This document shows positions 51,769-63,145 of a stretch of 64,000 nucleotides of DNA, piece after piece. Source of the DNA: Mycoplasmatota bacterium (GTDB lineage Bacteria > Bacillota_I > Bacilli_A > MAG-NZ); NCBI GenBank assembly GCA_018394315.1, contig CP074575.1, forward strand, positions 1,458,615-1,522,614, read 5' to 3'. Below the pieces are notes generated by a model, which was not told where the DNA came from, ran no database searches, and saw nothing but the letters and a program-made list of their open reading frames with translations. The position numbers were made by a program, and so were the translations under genes. Position 1 is the stretch's first letter. Every line of letters begins with the position of its first letter.

Positions 51769-52254
51769 ATGAGAAAGAAACAAGATATAGAGATAGTTAA
51801 TAGGTTAAATGTTACACTCTTTTTATTTATTTTTATATTTTTGATGGAAATAACTAGTGGTGGAGTTGTTGAAAAAATTAAGGAACCTATTGAAAGACAC
51901 GGGAATTTTCTAAAAGTTTTTGATTTTTATAATGGAGATGTCAAAACATTCTTTAATATAGAAAATGAAGTACCAGTTTTTGATACTGATAGAAGAATTG
52001 CATATGGGGACTCTGAGATGAAAATCTATCAAGAAATAGCCACTTCAGATACTACTGGGGTTGTTGTAGAAATAAGCAGTGATGATGTAGGTAATAAAGT
52101 TGTTGTAAAAGGAATTGATGATAAAGAGTATACATATAGAAATCTATTTTCAGTTTCTGTAAATATATATGATTATGTATCGTTAGGTGATATGTTAGGG
52201 GTTGCATTTTATGATGGCGACTATTATTATAGTTTATCTATTCTAGATATATGA
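51769..52254 (+). CDS. SpoIVFA-like degenerate M23-fold protein
   Basis: TM helix, GVVVE...YTYRNL..V.V..YDYV..GD.LG; overlaps the spoIVFB-like gene. Confidence 0.55.
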   Translation: MRKKQDIEIVNRLNVTLFLFIFIFLMEITSGGVVEKIKEPIERHGNFLKVFDFYNGDVKTFFNIENEVPVFDTDRRIAYGDSEMKIYQEIATSDTTGVVVEISSDDVGNKVVVKGIDDKEYTYRNLFSVSVNIYDYVSLGDMLGVAFYDGDYYYSLSILDI

Positions 52255-52973
52255 GAATTAAAGTTCATTTCTCTACATACATTTTGATTCTATTATGCCT
52301 ATTATCAGGATTTGTGGTTGATGTATTGATTATTTTTGCATCAATCTCTTTTCATGAGTTAGCGCATGTCATCGCGAGTCGATGTTTTAAGAAGAAAGTA
52401 AATAAAATAACTATTTTACCTTTTGGGGGAATATTTGAAATAAATGACCATCAAAATGTTAATCTCCTAGAAGAAGTAATCATTTTAATTGCTGGTCCAT
52501 TAGGATCACTTTTTCTTTTGCAATTTGAAGCTATTTATCATATTAATATGATAATACTTATTTTTAACTTAATCCCAATATATCCACTAGATGGTGGTAA
52601 AATATTTGAAGTAATCCTCTGTAGATTTCTAAACTATAAATTTGTTTTAAAATTTATATTTATTATGTCTATTATTTTTTCTGTTATAATATTTATCTAT
52701 AGTATTAAACATTCATCATTTAATATTGCTTTAATAGGGGTAGTATTACTTATATTAAACATTAAAAATTATCATGGAGCCGAAATAAAGTACTGGAATT
52801 TTTTAAATGATAAAGTACTATTTTCTAGAAAACTCCCACTTAAGGTTCATAAAAGATTAAATATAAATAATCTATATAAAGGTTACAATAATGTTTTTAT
52901 AGAAGGTGGTAATGTTGTTACTGAGTACCAACTAATCAAGAATTATAATTTTAATTTTGAGAAAAAGTACTAA
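52251..52973 (+). CDS. spoIVFB: Site-2 (M50) protease, SpoIVFB-like
   Basis: HELAH, AGP, NLIPIYPLDGG; upstream of rplU. Confidence 0.75.
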   Translation: MRIKVHFSTYILILLCLLSGFVVDVLIIFASISFHELAHVIASRCFKKKVNKITILPFGGIFEINDHQNVNLLEEVIILIAGPLGSLFLLQFEAIYHINMIILIFNLIPIYPLDGGKIFEVILCRFLNYKFVLKFIFIMSIIFSVIIFIYSIKHSSFNIALIGVVLLILNIKNYHGAEIKYWNFLNDKVLFSRKLPLKVHKRLNINNLYKGYNNVFIEGGNVVTEYQLIKNYNFNFEKKY

Positions 52974-53091
52974 TGTATTATATTTTTAAATGAGTTCTAC
53001 AAATACAATTTCTAAGATATATACTGAAAAACTGGCTTTTTTCTCAATTAAAGGCGTTGACTAGAAAGCTGTATTGTGATAATATTAGTTG

Positions 53092-53155
53092 TTGCATTTC
53101 GCAACCGCTCAGATAAAGGTTTTAAAAGCAAATGCTACCTTAATGGCGTGTCTTA
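53092..53155 (+). promoter_or_regulatory. Probable L21 leader
   Basis: AAGGT/ACCTT stem and GGCGTGTC upstream of rplU; TTGACT and TAATAT promoter boxes before it. Confidence 0.55.
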
Positions 53156-53181
53156 ATATATAAAAGAGGAGGTGCGAAAAT

Positions 53182-53490
53182 ATGTATGCAGTTATTGAAA
53201 CTGGTGGTAAACAAGTTCGCGTAGAAGAGGGTATGACTATCTACGTTGAAAAGTTAGATGTTGAAGCTGGTAGCAGTATTACATTCGATAAGGTTCTTTT
53301 AGTTTCTGATGGTAAAGTTCAAGTTGGTGCTCCATATTTAAATGGTGCTACAGTTGAAGGTACTATTGAAAAACACGGAAAACAAAAGAAGATAATTGTT
53401 TTCAAAATTAAACCTAAGAAAAAGTATCGAAAAAAACAAGGTCATCGTCAACCATATACAAAAGTAGTAATTAACAAAATCAACGCGTAA
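53182..53490 (+). CDS. rplU: 50S ribosomal protein L21
   Basis: [18 protein letters not shown]. Confidence 0.98.
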   Translation: MYAVIETGGKQVRVEEGMTIYVEKLDVEAGSSITFDKVLLVSDGKVQVGAPYLNGATVEGTIEKHGKQKKIIVFKIKPKKKYRKKQGHRQPYTKVVINKINA

Positions 53491-53493
53491 TTT

Positions 53494-53796
53494 ATGATTG
53501 AAGTAAGATACATTGACGGTGATATTAAAACCATTGAACTAAGTGGTCACTCTGGGTATGATGAAAGAGACAAAGATATCGTTTGTGCCGCTGCAAGTTC
53601 AATTTCGATTACTTCTTTTAAAGCGATTGAGAAATTTATTAATAAAAGTGATTATAAGATAATCGAGAAAGATGGTTATCTAAAAGTAACGATTAATAGT
53701 AATTCTAAAGAAGTATTATTACTAATTGAGAATTTATTAGAGACATTACAGGAGTTAGAATCACAATATCCTAAATATATTAAAATCTACAAATAG
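53494..53796 (+). CDS. prp: Ribosomal-processing cysteine protease
   Basis: GHS...DIVCAA; between rplU and rpmA. Confidence 0.92.
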   Translation: MIEVRYIDGDIKTIELSGHSGYDERDKDIVCAAASSISITSFKAIEKFINKSDYKIIEKDGYLKVTINSNSKEVLLLIENLLETLQELESQYPKYIKIYK

Positions 53797-53809
53797 GAGG
53801 TGTGTTCAC

Positions 53810-54091
53810 ATGTTAAAATTAAACATCCAATTATTTGCATCTAAGAAAGGTGTAGGGTCTACTAAAAATGGTAGAGATTCTGAATCTAAAAGACTTGGTG
53901 CTAAAAAATCAGATGGGCAATTTGCTACTGCAGGATCAATTCTATATCGTCAAAGAGGAACTAGAATTTTTCCAGGGAACAATGTAGGTAAAGGTGGAGA
54001 TGACACTTTATTTGCTAAAGTTAGTGGAGTAGTAAAATTTGAACGAAAAGGTAGAGATAAAAAACAAGTGTCTGTTTATCCGGCTGAATAA
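53810..54091 (+). CDS. rpmA: 50S ribosomal protein L27 with cleavable N-terminal extension
   Basis: [24 protein letters not shown]. Confidence 0.98.
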   Translation: MLKLNIQLFASKKGVGSTKNGRDSESKRLGAKKSDGQFATAGSILYRQRGTRIFPGNNVGKGGDDTLFAKVSGVVKFERKGRDKKQVSVYPAE

Positions 54092-54149
54092 TGAAAAGTA
54101 CACATTGTGTACTTTTTTTGTTATAATTAATCAATAAAGAGGGGATAAA

Positions 54150-54638
54150 ATGATTAGACTAGCTAAGAAAGAAGACTTAAACAGAATTGATGAACTAGCT
54201 GTTTCAGTTATTAATACGATGAAAGAACAAAATATTCCCCAGTGGAATCTATCTTATCCAAGAAAAGAACATTATGAAAAAGATATAAAAAATGGTACTC
54301 TATTTGTATACGAAGATGATATAATATTAGGTGTTATTGCGATTGCTGAACAAAATGATCTACCATATGAAGAGTTATCTAATTGGACAGATGAATTTTC
54401 TATTGTTATACACAGAATATTAGTAGAACCAGGTTTAAGAAGAAAAGGAATTGCTAGGAAATTGTTTAATTATGCAATTGATTTATCTATTGAGAAGGGA
54501 TTTACAAGTATAAAGATTGATACTCATGCAGAAAACTATATAATGCTTAATTTGTTAAAAAAAATGGGATTCGAAAAGGTTGGATATTTAAAAAGCATTG
54601 ATAGAGTTGCATTTGAGTTAAATTGGGGAGAGAAATAA
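54150..54638 (+). CDS. GNAT acetyltransferase
   Basis: RRKGIA; N..M..L.KKMGF. Confidence 0.85.
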   Translation: MIRLAKKEDLNRIDELAVSVINTMKEQNIPQWNLSYPRKEHYEKDIKNGTLFVYEDDIILGVIAIAEQNDLPYEELSNWTDEFSIVIHRILVEPGLRRKGIARKLFNYAIDLSIEKGFTSIKIDTHAENYIMLNLLKKMGFEKVGYLKSIDRVAFELNWGEK

Positions 54639-54976
54639 TGAATAAGATTGTAGTATTTTGGAAGACCGATAATATTATAGATGTTGAAAATATTGTAATA
54701 CCTTATACACATAATTCATTGAAGAAAAATTGGTGGGATGAAGTAGTTCTTTTAATATGGGGGGCTAGTCAAAAGCTCTTAGTAGAGAATGACAGTCTTA
54801 AACTAGATATTGAAGCTATGATTCATGATGGAGTTAGAGTTATTGCTTGTATTGGATGTAGTAATAACTTAGGTGTAACAAATGAATTACTTGAACTAGG
54901 AATAGAAGTAATGGGAACTGGAGTTGTACTTACTAATTTTTTAAAAGAAGAAAATACTAAAGTGATTACATTATAA
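54638..54976 (+). CDS. DsrE-family protein
   Basis: WWDEV.L.IWG; ACIGC. Confidence 0.75.
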   Translation: MNKIVVFWKTDNIIDVENIVIPYTHNSLKKNWWDEVVLLIWGASQKLLVENDSLKLDIEAMIHDGVRVIACIGCSNNLGVTNELLELGIEVMGTGVVLTNFLKEENTKVITL

Positions 54977-54996
54977 TCAATGAAAGAAGGCATTTT

Positions 54997-56274
54997 ATGT
55001 TCGTAGATTTAGTTAAATTAAAAGTAGTAGCTGGAACTGGAGGCGATGGTATTGTCGCTTTTAGAAGAGAAAAATATGTTCCAATGGGAGGACCAGCAGG
55101 CGGTAGTGGAGGTAAAGGTGGTGACTTGATTTTTATTGCTGAAGAAGGATTAAGCACTTTGCTCGAACTAAGATATAACAAAATAATAAAAGCATCTTAC
55201 GGTGAAAATGGAATGCCAAAGGGAATGCATGGAAAAGGTGCTGACGATACTTATATAAAAGTACCTGTAGGAACAACTATTTTCGATCACGACACAGGGA
55301 AAATAATTGGTGATTTAACTAGCCATAAAGAAGAGGTTATCGTAGCTAAAGGAGGACGTGGTGGACGTGGAAACATCCAGTTCGCCACAACAAGACATCC
55401 TGCTCCTGAAATATGCGAAAAAGGAGAACCGGGTGTTGCTAGAAACATAAGGGTAGAGCTTAAGGTGTTAGCGGATGTTGGATTAGTTGGATTTCCAAGT
55501 GTTGGGAAATCCACTTTGATCTCGGTTGTATCTAAAGCTAAACCGAAGATTGCAGATTACCACTTTACTACCTTAAAACCAAATTTAGGAGTGGTAGGTG
55601 TAGGTGATAAATCGTTTGTAATGGCAGATTTACCTGGACTTATTGAAGGTGCATCTACTGGTAGTGGATTAGGTCATCAATTCTTAAGACATATAGAGAG
55701 AACAAAGGTTATTATTCACATTGTAGATATCAGTGGAATGGAAGGTCGAGACCCAGTAGAAGACTTTCATTTAATAAATAAGGAACTAGAACAATATAAT
55801 TTAAATCTACTGAGTAGACCTCAAATTATAGCACTTAACAAAAGTGATTTGACTGGTTCTGACGAGAATTATGAAAAATTTATCAATAGTATTAAAGGAT
55901 ACCCAATTGTAAAAATATCAGCTGCTACACATGAAGGAATTGAAGAGTTACTTTATAAAACTTTAGAGGTTTTAGAAAGAGCTAAGGAAGTTGATCTATA
56001 TTCCGAAGAAGAATTTGAAGGAGTTGTGGAATATAACTTTACAAAAGAAGATAGTACATTTAGTATCTTACTAGCAGATGATAATGTATATGAAATCCAT
56101 GGAGATTTGGTAGAAAAATTATTTAAAATGACTGATTTTTCTAAAGATCAGTCTGTGAAGAGATTTTCTAGACAATTACGTTCTATGGGAGTGGATGATG
56201 CACTTCGTGAGAAAGGTGTTCAACATGGTGATGTGGTTAGGATTTTAGATTATGAATTTGATTTCCTTTCATAA
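54997..56274 (+). CDS. obg: GTPase Obg/CgtA
   Basis: Gly-rich Obg domain, GFPSVGKS, DLPG. Confidence 0.97.
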   Translation: MFVDLVKLKVVAGTGGDGIVAFRREKYVPMGGPAGGSGGKGGDLIFIAEEGLSTLLELRYNKIIKASYGENGMPKGMHGKGADDTYIKVPVGTTIFDHDTGKIIGDLTSHKEEVIVAKGGRGGRGNIQFATTRHPAPEICEKGEPGVARNIRVELKVLADVGLVGFPSVGKSTLISVVSKAKPKIADYHFTTLKPNLGVVGVGDKSFVMADLPGLIEGASTGSGLGHQFLRHIERTKVIIHIVDISGMEGRDPVEDFHLINKELEQYNLNLLSRPQIIALNKSDLTGSDENYEKFINSIKGYPIVKISAATHEGIEELLYKTLEVLERAKEVDLYSEEEFEGVVEYNFTKEDSTFSILLADDNVYEIHGDLVEKLFKMTDFSKDQSVKRFSRQLRSMGVDDALREKGVQHGDVVRILDYEFDFLS

Positions 56275-56301
56275 ATAAATTACTGAGGAGAAATGTAACA
56301 A

Positions 56302-57012
56302 ATGCTTTTACTAGTCGATATTGGCAATACTTATATAAAAGTTAAATACGAAATTGTCAAAACAATAGAGTCAGATTTGAATTTGAAAGTGACTGATTTA
56401 ATTTCTATTTTAGGTGAATATAAATTTCTTGGTGTTACTGAAGTAAGTGGGGTAATAATCTCTTCTGTTGTGCCAAAACTTACTGAATTATTTATTAAAT
56501 ACTCTAAAGAAGTTTTGGAAATTGAGCCAATCATTGTTAATAATCAAACATCAAGATATGAACTTACTTTCCATGAAGAAATTGGTGCAGATATTATTTC
56601 AACAATTAACGCAGTAGTAGGAGAGAATATAATCATTATGCTAGGAACTGCGACAGTAATCTCTTATGTGAATGATGGGATTGTACATGGGGCAATTATT
56701 GCTCCAGGTGTAAATACAAGTGTTTCATCCTTAGTTAATAACACTGCGTTACTTAATGATTTTATTTTAGAGGTCCCTAAGGAAATATTAGGGAAAAACA
56801 GTACTGAGTGTATGCAATCAGGGGCTTTCTTTGGTCACGCGGCAATGATAGATGGATTAATTGATAGGATTAGTGCAACTGATAATGCGAAAATTATTGC
56901 CATGGGGGGATTTGCGACTAAAATAATACCATTATGCAACCATGATATAGAAATTGATAACGAGTTATTATTTAAAGGACTTGAGAAAATTTATTATCAT
57001 AATGTCGGGTAG
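56302..57012 (+). CDS. coaX: Type III pantothenate kinase
   Basis: DIGNT, SSVVP, GAD, GTAT, GAIIAPG. Confidence 0.88.
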   Translation: MLLLVDIGNTYIKVKYEIVKTIESDLNLKVTDLISILGEYKFLGVTEVSGVIISSVVPKLTELFIKYSKEVLEIEPIIVNNQTSRYELTFHEEIGADIISTINAVVGENIIIMLGTATVISYVNDGIVHGAIIAPGVNTSVSSLVNNTALLNDFILEVPKEILGKNSTECMQSGAFFGHAAMIDGLIDRISATDNAKIIAMGGFATKIIPLCNHDIEIDNELLFKGLEKIYYHNVG

Positions 57013-57112
57013 CAAGGCTACCTTTTTTTTGTTAATAAGGATCACTTAAATAAATATAAATGTAAAATTATGTTATAATTTAAGGTATAAAATACTGTTT
57101 AAAGAGGTTATT

Positions 57113-59641
57113 ATGTACGAAAATATTGATAAAACTAAATATACTCCGATGATGCAACAATACTTAACTATCAAGGAGGATTATAGAGATTCCATAGTCT
57201 TCTTTAGACTTGGAGATTTTTATGAAATGTTTTTTTCTGACGCACTACTTGCCTCAAGAGAACTGGAAATTGCCTTAACAGCTCGTGATGCAGGTGCTGA
57301 GGATAAAGTACCTATGTGTGGTGTTCCTCATCATTCATCTCAATCATATATTGAGAAACTAATTGAAAAAGGTTATAAAGTTGCCATTTGTGACCAAGTT
57401 GAAGATGCTTCAGTTGCAAAAGGTTTAGTAAAAAGAGATGTTGTAAGACTTATTACACCAGGAACAATTATGGAAAGTGGAAGTCTGAATGAGTCAACAA
57501 ATAATTTTATCGCAGCAATTTCTAAAACGGATGAATATCAAATAGTCTATACCGATTTAAGTACTGGGGAGTGTTTCGCAACTAGTATTCCGTTACAAAA
57601 TCAAATTTTAATGAATGAATTACTTTCTATCGGTGCAAAGGAAATTATTATTGATTCAGATTTTCAAATTGATGGATTAGAAAATTTTATTAATTCATAT
57701 GATATCGTAGTTTCTCACATGGATGATACTGAACTAATGAGTTATTTAAATAATCATGTAGATGAGTTTTATAGAAAAACATTTGCGAGATTAACAAACT
57801 ATATTTTATCGACTCAAAAAAGAAAATTAATGCATATTCAAGAGGTTGAGGTCTATACAGCTAGTTCATGTCTTAAAATAGATGCTTTTTCAATGAAGAA
57901 CTTAGAACTTACAGAAACTATTAGAAGTGGTTCAAGAAAGGGTTCGTTGTTATGGTATTTGGATAAATGTCAGACTGCAATGGGTAGCAGATATCTGAGA
58001 AAAAGTATTGAGAAACCATTAGTATCAAATATTGACATAGAAAAAAGGTATGATTTAGTTGATGATTTTAAAAATAACTTTTTTATAAAAGAAGAAATAA
58101 AGGAATACTTAAGAAGCGTTTATGATTTAGAGAGAATCGTTGGTAGAATTTCTTATGGAAATGCTAATGCTAGGGATTTTGTTCAACTAAGAACATCTCT
58201 AGGAAATTTACCTAGTATGAAACTAACCCTATCAAAACTTACTTCAAATATAGCTATAGAATTAGCTGAAAAAATTGAACTACATAGTGATTTATTTAAT
58301 CTTTTACAGAATAGTTTAGTAGATAATCCTCCGATTGGGATAAAAGACGGAGCTATGATAAAACAAGGATATAATACTGAACTCGATGAAATAAAAAATG
58401 CTTCAACCAGTGGAAAAGAGTGGCTACTAGAACTAGAAAAAAGAGAACGTGAAAGAACTGGAATAAAAAAATTAAAAGTTGGATATAATAGAGTATTTGG
58501 ATATTATATTGAAATTACTAAGGGGCAGTTGAATCTAATAAATGAAGATTTTGGATATGAAAGAAAACAAACTCTTAGTAATAGTGAAAGATATATTTCA
58601 CCGGAACTGAAGGAGAAAGAAGCTTTAATATTAGGTAGTGAAGAAAAGTCTATAAAACTTGAATATGAACTTTTTACCGAAATTAGAGAAAAATCTAAAG
58701 AGTATATAGGGTCATTACAAAAATTGGCAAGAGTTATCAGTGAGTTAGATCTTCTACAAAGTTTTTCGACAGTTGCTGAAGAAAATAGACTAATTAGGCC
58801 AATACTTACTGATCAAAAAGAAGTCAACATAATAGATGGGCGTCATCCTGTGGTTGAAAAAGTACTTAATAACGAAAAGTATGTTGAAAATGATTGTTAT
58901 ATGTCTGAAGAAACAACAGTATTATTAATTACTGGACCAAATATGAGTGGTAAGTCTACATATATGAGACAGTTAGCAACGATTGTTATTATGGCTCAAA
59001 TTGGGTCTTTTGTTCCAGCGAAGAGTGCGATACTACCTATATTTGATAAAATATTTACTAGAATTGGTGCAGCAGATGATCTTGTAAGCGGACAGTCTAC
59101 TTTTATGGTTGAAATGCTAGAAGTTAATTATGCATTGCAAAATGCTACTGAAAGAAGTTTAATTTTATTTGATGAAATAGGTAGAGGGACTGCAACATAT
59201 GATGGAATGGCTTTGGCTCAGGGTATTATAGAATATATACATGAATATACAAAATGTAAAAGCTTATTTTCAACTCATTATCATGAACTAACTCAGCTAG
59301 AAAATCATCTTGGAACACTAAAAAATATCCATGTTAGTGCAAAAGAAGAAAAAGGAGAGATTGTTTTCTTTCATAAAATTAAGAAGGGCGCAGTAGACAA
59401 GTCATATGGAATAAATGTTGCGAAATTAGCAAGACTTCCAAAGGTATTGATTAATAGAAGTTCGCAAATTTTAAAGGAATTAGAAAAGAATCGCAAGGAT
59501 GACTTAAATCTTTTCAATTTCGAAGATGTGGAAGTAGTTGAAGATCCTATTATTGATGAGATTAGAAATATTAATGTGAATGAATTATCACCTATAGAAG
59601 CGTTAAATACTCTTTATACAATAGTTGAGAAGGTGAAGTAA
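57113..59641 (+). CDS. mutS: MutS
   Basis: GDFYEMF, TGPNMSGKS, DEIGRGT. Confidence 0.98.
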   Translation: MYENIDKTKYTPMMQQYLTIKEDYRDSIVFFRLGDFYEMFFSDALLASRELEIALTARDAGAEDKVPMCGVPHHSSQSYIEKLIEKGYKVAICDQVEDASVAKGLVKRDVVRLITPGTIMESGSLNESTNNFIAAISKTDEYQIVYTDLSTGECFATSIPLQNQILMNELLSIGAKEIIIDSDFQIDGLENFINSYDIVVSHMDDTELMSYLNNHVDEFYRKTFARLTNYILSTQKRKLMHIQEVEVYTASSCLKIDAFSMKNLELTETIRSGSRKGSLLWYLDKCQTAMGSRYLRKSIEKPLVSNIDIEKRYDLVDDFKNNFFIKEEIKEYLRSVYDLERIVGRISYGNANARDFVQLRTSLGNLPSMKLTLSKLTSNIAIELAEKIELHSDLFNLLQNSLVDNPPIGIKDGAMIKQGYNTELDEIKNASTSGKEWLLELEKRERERTGIKKLKVGYNRVFGYYIEITKGQLNLINEDFGYERKQTLSNSERYISPELKEKEALILGSEEKSIKLEYELFTEIREKSKEYIGSLQKLARVISELDLLQSFSTVAEENRLIRPILTDQKEVNIIDGRHPVVEKVLNNEKYVENDCYMSEETTVLLITGPNMSGKSTYMRQLATIVIMAQIGSFVPAKSAILPIFDKIFTRIGAADDLVSGQSTFMVEMLEVNYALQNATERSLILFDEIGRGTATYDGMALAQGIIEYIHEYTKCKSLFSTHYHELTQLENHLGTLKNIHVSAKEEKGEIVFFHKIKKGAVDKSYGINVAKLARLPKVLINRSSQILKELEKNRKDDLNLFNFEDVEVVEDPIIDEIRNINVNELSPIEALNTLYTIVEKVK

Positions 59642-61302
59642 TGGGAAAAATCATCAAGTTAAATGAAAAGATCTCAAATATGATAGCCGCAGGTGAAGTA
59701 GTTGAAAGACCATTAAGTGTCGTTAAGGAACTGGTTGAAAATTCTATTGATGCAAAATCATCATATATTGAAATTGAATTAGAGGAGTCTGGAATTAAGT
59801 TAATTAGAGTAACAGATGATGGAGAGGGTATGAATAAAGATGATGCACTTTTAGCATTCTCACGACATGCCACAAGTAAAATTAAAAATGAACATGATTT
59901 ATTTAGAATTAGTTCTTTAGGGTTTAGAGGAGAAGCATTACCTTCGATTGCTAGTGTAGCAAAGGTGAGTTTAATCACTTCAACAGGTGATGAAGGGTAC
60001 TCTGTTAATATTTCTGGTGGTAATCCGATGAATCATGGATTAGCTGTAGCTAGAAAAGGTACTGAAATAAATGTAAGAAATTTATTTTATAACACTCCAG
60101 CTAGACTTAAATTTTTAAAAAGTTTAAATACTGAATTATCTTATATAACTGATTATGTTACTAAAGTAGCATTATCACACTCTAATATAGCAATAATGTT
60201 AAGCAATAACGGAAAAAAACTCATCTCTACTGATGGTAGTGGACAAATTTTAAAGGCGATCTCAAGTGTGTATGGAGTTGATGTAGCAAAATCAATGACT
60301 TGTTTTGAATGTAAGAATTATGATTATGAAGTGACAGGATATACATCTAAACCAACTTTGACAAGGTCGAATAAAAACTATATCAACATAATTATAAATG
60401 ACAGAGTTATAAAAAATTTTGTAATTTCTAATGAATTGATAAATGCTTACGGTAATAGAATACCAAAGGGAAGATATCCAATTACTGTAATTAATATTAA
60501 GTGTGATCCATTATTGATTGATGTGAATGTACATCCTAATAAAATGCAAGTAAAGATGACAGATGAGAGAAAATTAGTTGTTTTGATAAAAGCAAAAATT
60601 CAAGAAGTACTGTCAGAACAAATTTCAATTCCTTCAATCAATCCAAAAGAGCCGATTTATGACATTATAAATGATGATAATAGTGTTCAGGAGCAATTAT
60701 CCTTGAATTATATAAGTGAAAATAGCACACTCAAATTGTTTCCAAATTTAGAATACATTGGACAATTTCATGGGACATATTTGCTTTGCCAATGTGAAGA
60801 TGGTTTATACATATTAGATCAACATGCCGCTGCTGAACGAATTAAATATGAAGATTATATTCAAAAATTAACAAATAAAAATAATGAATCTTATGAATTA
60901 TTAGTTCCTATTAACTTAGAATTTTCAACTTCGGATGCTAATGAAATACGCAGTATATTAAATAATTTAGAGGAATACGGAATTTCATTAACTGACTCAG
61001 GATTGAATAGTTTTTATTTAAGAGAGGTCCCGACTTGGTTCAAAAATGGATTAGAGCGAGAATATACTGATGAGTTTATTAATAGTCTGTTAGAAGACAG
61101 GGAAAATGTAATAATAGATTCTCTTGCAAGTCAACTTGCATGTAAAAAAAGTATAAAAGCGAATGAGTTTTTAGATCGAAGAGAAGTGGAAACATTAATT
61201 ACTAATTTAAGTACCTGTGAAAACCCATTTACATGTCCGCATGGCAGACCTACGCTAATAAAATATTCAATTCGCGAAATAGAAAGGTATTTTAGACGAT
61301 GA
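59641..61302 (+). CDS. mutL: MutL
   Basis: GFRGEAL, DQHAAAERIKYE, CPHGRP. Confidence 0.97.
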   Translation: MGKIIKLNEKISNMIAAGEVVERPLSVVKELVENSIDAKSSYIEIELEESGIKLIRVTDDGEGMNKDDALLAFSRHATSKIKNEHDLFRISSLGFRGEALPSIASVAKVSLITSTGDEGYSVNISGGNPMNHGLAVARKGTEINVRNLFYNTPARLKFLKSLNTELSYITDYVTKVALSHSNIAIMLSNNGKKLISTDGSGQILKAISSVYGVDVAKSMTCFECKNYDYEVTGYTSKPTLTRSNKNYINIIINDRVIKNFVISNELINAYGNRIPKGRYPITVINIKCDPLLIDVNVHPNKMQVKMTDERKLVVLIKAKIQEVLSEQISIPSINPKEPIYDIINDDNSVQEQLSLNYISENSTLKLFPNLEYIGQFHGTYLLCQCEDGLYILDQHAAAERIKYEDYIQKLTNKNNESYELLVPINLEFSTSDANEIRSILNNLEEYGISLTDSGLNSFYLREVPTWFKNGLEREYTDEFINSLLEDRENVIIDSLASQLACKKSIKANEFLDRREVETLITNLSTCENPFTCPHGRPTLIKYSIREIERYFRR

Positions 61303-62195
61303 AAGTGTTAGTGATTGTTGGGCCTACTGGAGTAGGAAAAACCAGTTTAAGCATTAAATTAGCTAAAATTTTAAATGGTGAGATAATTTCGGGAGATTCA
61401 GTGCAAGTTTATAAGGATTTAGACATTGGAAGTGCTAAAATTACCAAGGCTGAAATGGATGGAGTTGAGCATCATCTCATCGATTTTCTCGAAGTAGATG
61501 AAGAGTATTCGGTTGCTACATTTCAAAAAGAAGTTAGAGAGAAGATTGAAGAAATATACAAAAAAGGTAAACTTCCTATAATTTGTGGAGGCACTGGGCT
61601 TTATATAAAAGCAGTGTTGAGAAAGTATGAATTTGAAGAAAATTTGAAAAGAGATGACTTCATAAAAAAATATGATAGTCTCGATAATGAGATTCTACAT
61701 AACTTGTTGAAAGAAGTCGATCCTGTGTCAGCCGAATCGTTTCATTTTAACAATAGAGTAAGAATAATTAGAGCTTTAGAGTATTATGAAAAGAGTGGAA
61801 AATTAATAAGTGAACGCAAAAATAGCGATATTGAACTTTATAATTCTGTAATTATTGGTTTAAGGATGGAAAGAACAAAATTATACGCTAGAATTAACAA
61901 AAGAGTTGATGAGATGATTTCTGAAGGGTTAGTTAAGGAAGTAGAGAATTTAGTAAGCAAAAGGAAATATATAAACGCAATTGGGTACAATGAGTTGTTT
62001 AAATATATTGACAAAAAAATTTCTTTAGATGATGCTATTGAGCTAATTAAACAAAATACTAGAAGGTTTGCTAAGAGACAATTTACTTGGTTTAACAATC
62101 AGATGAACACTAACTGGATAGATGTAGATGAATTAAGTAAAGAAGAAATTGTTAAGAATTCGCTTAATTTGTTAAAAGAAATAGACTTTATTTAA
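61299..62195 (+). CDS. miaA: tRNA dimethylallyltransferase
   Basis: GPTGVGKT, DSVQVY, AKRQFTW. Confidence 0.96.
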   Translation: MKVLVIVGPTGVGKTSLSIKLAKILNGEIISGDSVQVYKDLDIGSAKITKAEMDGVEHHLIDFLEVDEEYSVATFQKEVREKIEEIYKKGKLPIICGGTGLYIKAVLRKYEFEENLKRDDFIKKYDSLDNEILHNLLKEVDPVSAESFHFNNRVRIIRALEYYEKSGKLISERKNSDIELYNSVIIGLRMERTKLYARINKRVDEMISEGLVKEVENLVSKRKYINAIGYNELFKYIDKKISLDDAIELIKQNTRRFAKRQFTWFNNQMNTNWIDVDELSKEEIVKNSLNLLKEIDFI

Positions 62196-62231
62196 ATTAT
62201 AGATATAATTATATTAAGGAGTGAAATTATT

Positions 62232-62789
62232 ATGATATCAAGCAATGAATTTAAAACTGGGGTAACTATAGAATACGATGGAAATATTTGGCAGGTTATT
62301 GAGTTTCAGCATGTTAAACCTGGTAAGGGTGCTGCTTTTGTAAGAAGTAAATTAAGAAACTTACGCACAAGAGCAGTTGTTGATAAAACTTTCAGAGCTG
62401 GCGAAAAAATGCCAAAAGCTCATATTGATAAGGAGACAATGAGTTACTCTTATTCAATGGGTGATACTTATGTATTTATGAATAATGATACGTACGAACA
62501 ATTAGAAATAGGAACTAACGTATTAGGAGATTCAGTTAATTTTCTAAAAGAAGGAATGAACGTGACAATCACAATGTATAAAAGTGAAATCATTGGAGTT
62601 CAATTACCTGAAAAGGTAACATTAGAAGTAATTGAAGCAGATCCAGGCGTTAAAGGTAACACTGCTGCTAATGCTACAAAAAACGCTAAAGTTGAAACTG
62701 GGTATGAATTACTTGTTCCTTTATTTGTTGAACCAGGAACAAAGATTATCATTAATACAAGTACTGGTAAATATGATACCAGAGCTTAA
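62232..62789 (+). CDS. efp: Elongation factor P
   Basis: [10 protein letters not shown]. Confidence 0.97.
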   Translation: MISSNEFKTGVTIEYDGNIWQVIEFQHVKPGKGAAFVRSKLRNLRTRAVVDKTFRAGEKMPKAHIDKETMSYSYSMGDTYVFMNNDTYEQLEIGTNVLGDSVNFLKEGMNVTITMYKSEIIGVQLPEKVTLEVIEADPGVKGNTAANATKNAKVETGYELLVPLFVEPGTKIIINTSTGKYDTRA

Positions 62790-62811
62790 AAAATAACAAG
62801 GAGGGAAGTAT

Positions 62812-63129
62812 ATGATTATTAGTACTACTCATAAAGTTGTTGGGAAAGAAATCGTGAAACATGTGGGCTATGTAAAGGGTTCTACAGTTAGAGCAAAACA
62901 CGTAGGAAAAGATATTGCTGCTGGTTTTAAGACTCTATTTGGTGGAGAGATAAAAGGCTATGCTGATATGATGAATGAGGCAAGACAAATTGCCGTAGGT
63001 CGCATGGTTGAAGATGCTAAAGCACAAGGTGCTAATGCAATAGTAGGTTTTAGATTGCAGACTTCATCTGTAATGACAGGTGCATCAGAAATTATTGCAT
63101 ATGGAACTGCAGTCATAGTAGAAGAATAG
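62812..63129 (+). CDS. YbjQ/UPF0145 protein
   Basis: GGEIKGY...GANAIVG...YGTAV. Confidence 0.9.
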   Translation: MIISTTHKVVGKEIVKHVGYVKGSTVRAKHVGKDIAAGFKTLFGGEIKGYADMMNEARQIAVGRMVEDAKAQGANAIVGFRLQTSSVMTGASEIIAYGTAVIVEE

Positions 63130-63145
63130 TAGAGGTGTTGTTATT

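Noticed and set aside
53024..53045. GAAAAACTGGCTTTTT as another array operator
   Set aside because: Lacks the TGG/CCA ends and the correctly spaced TATAAT; probably chance
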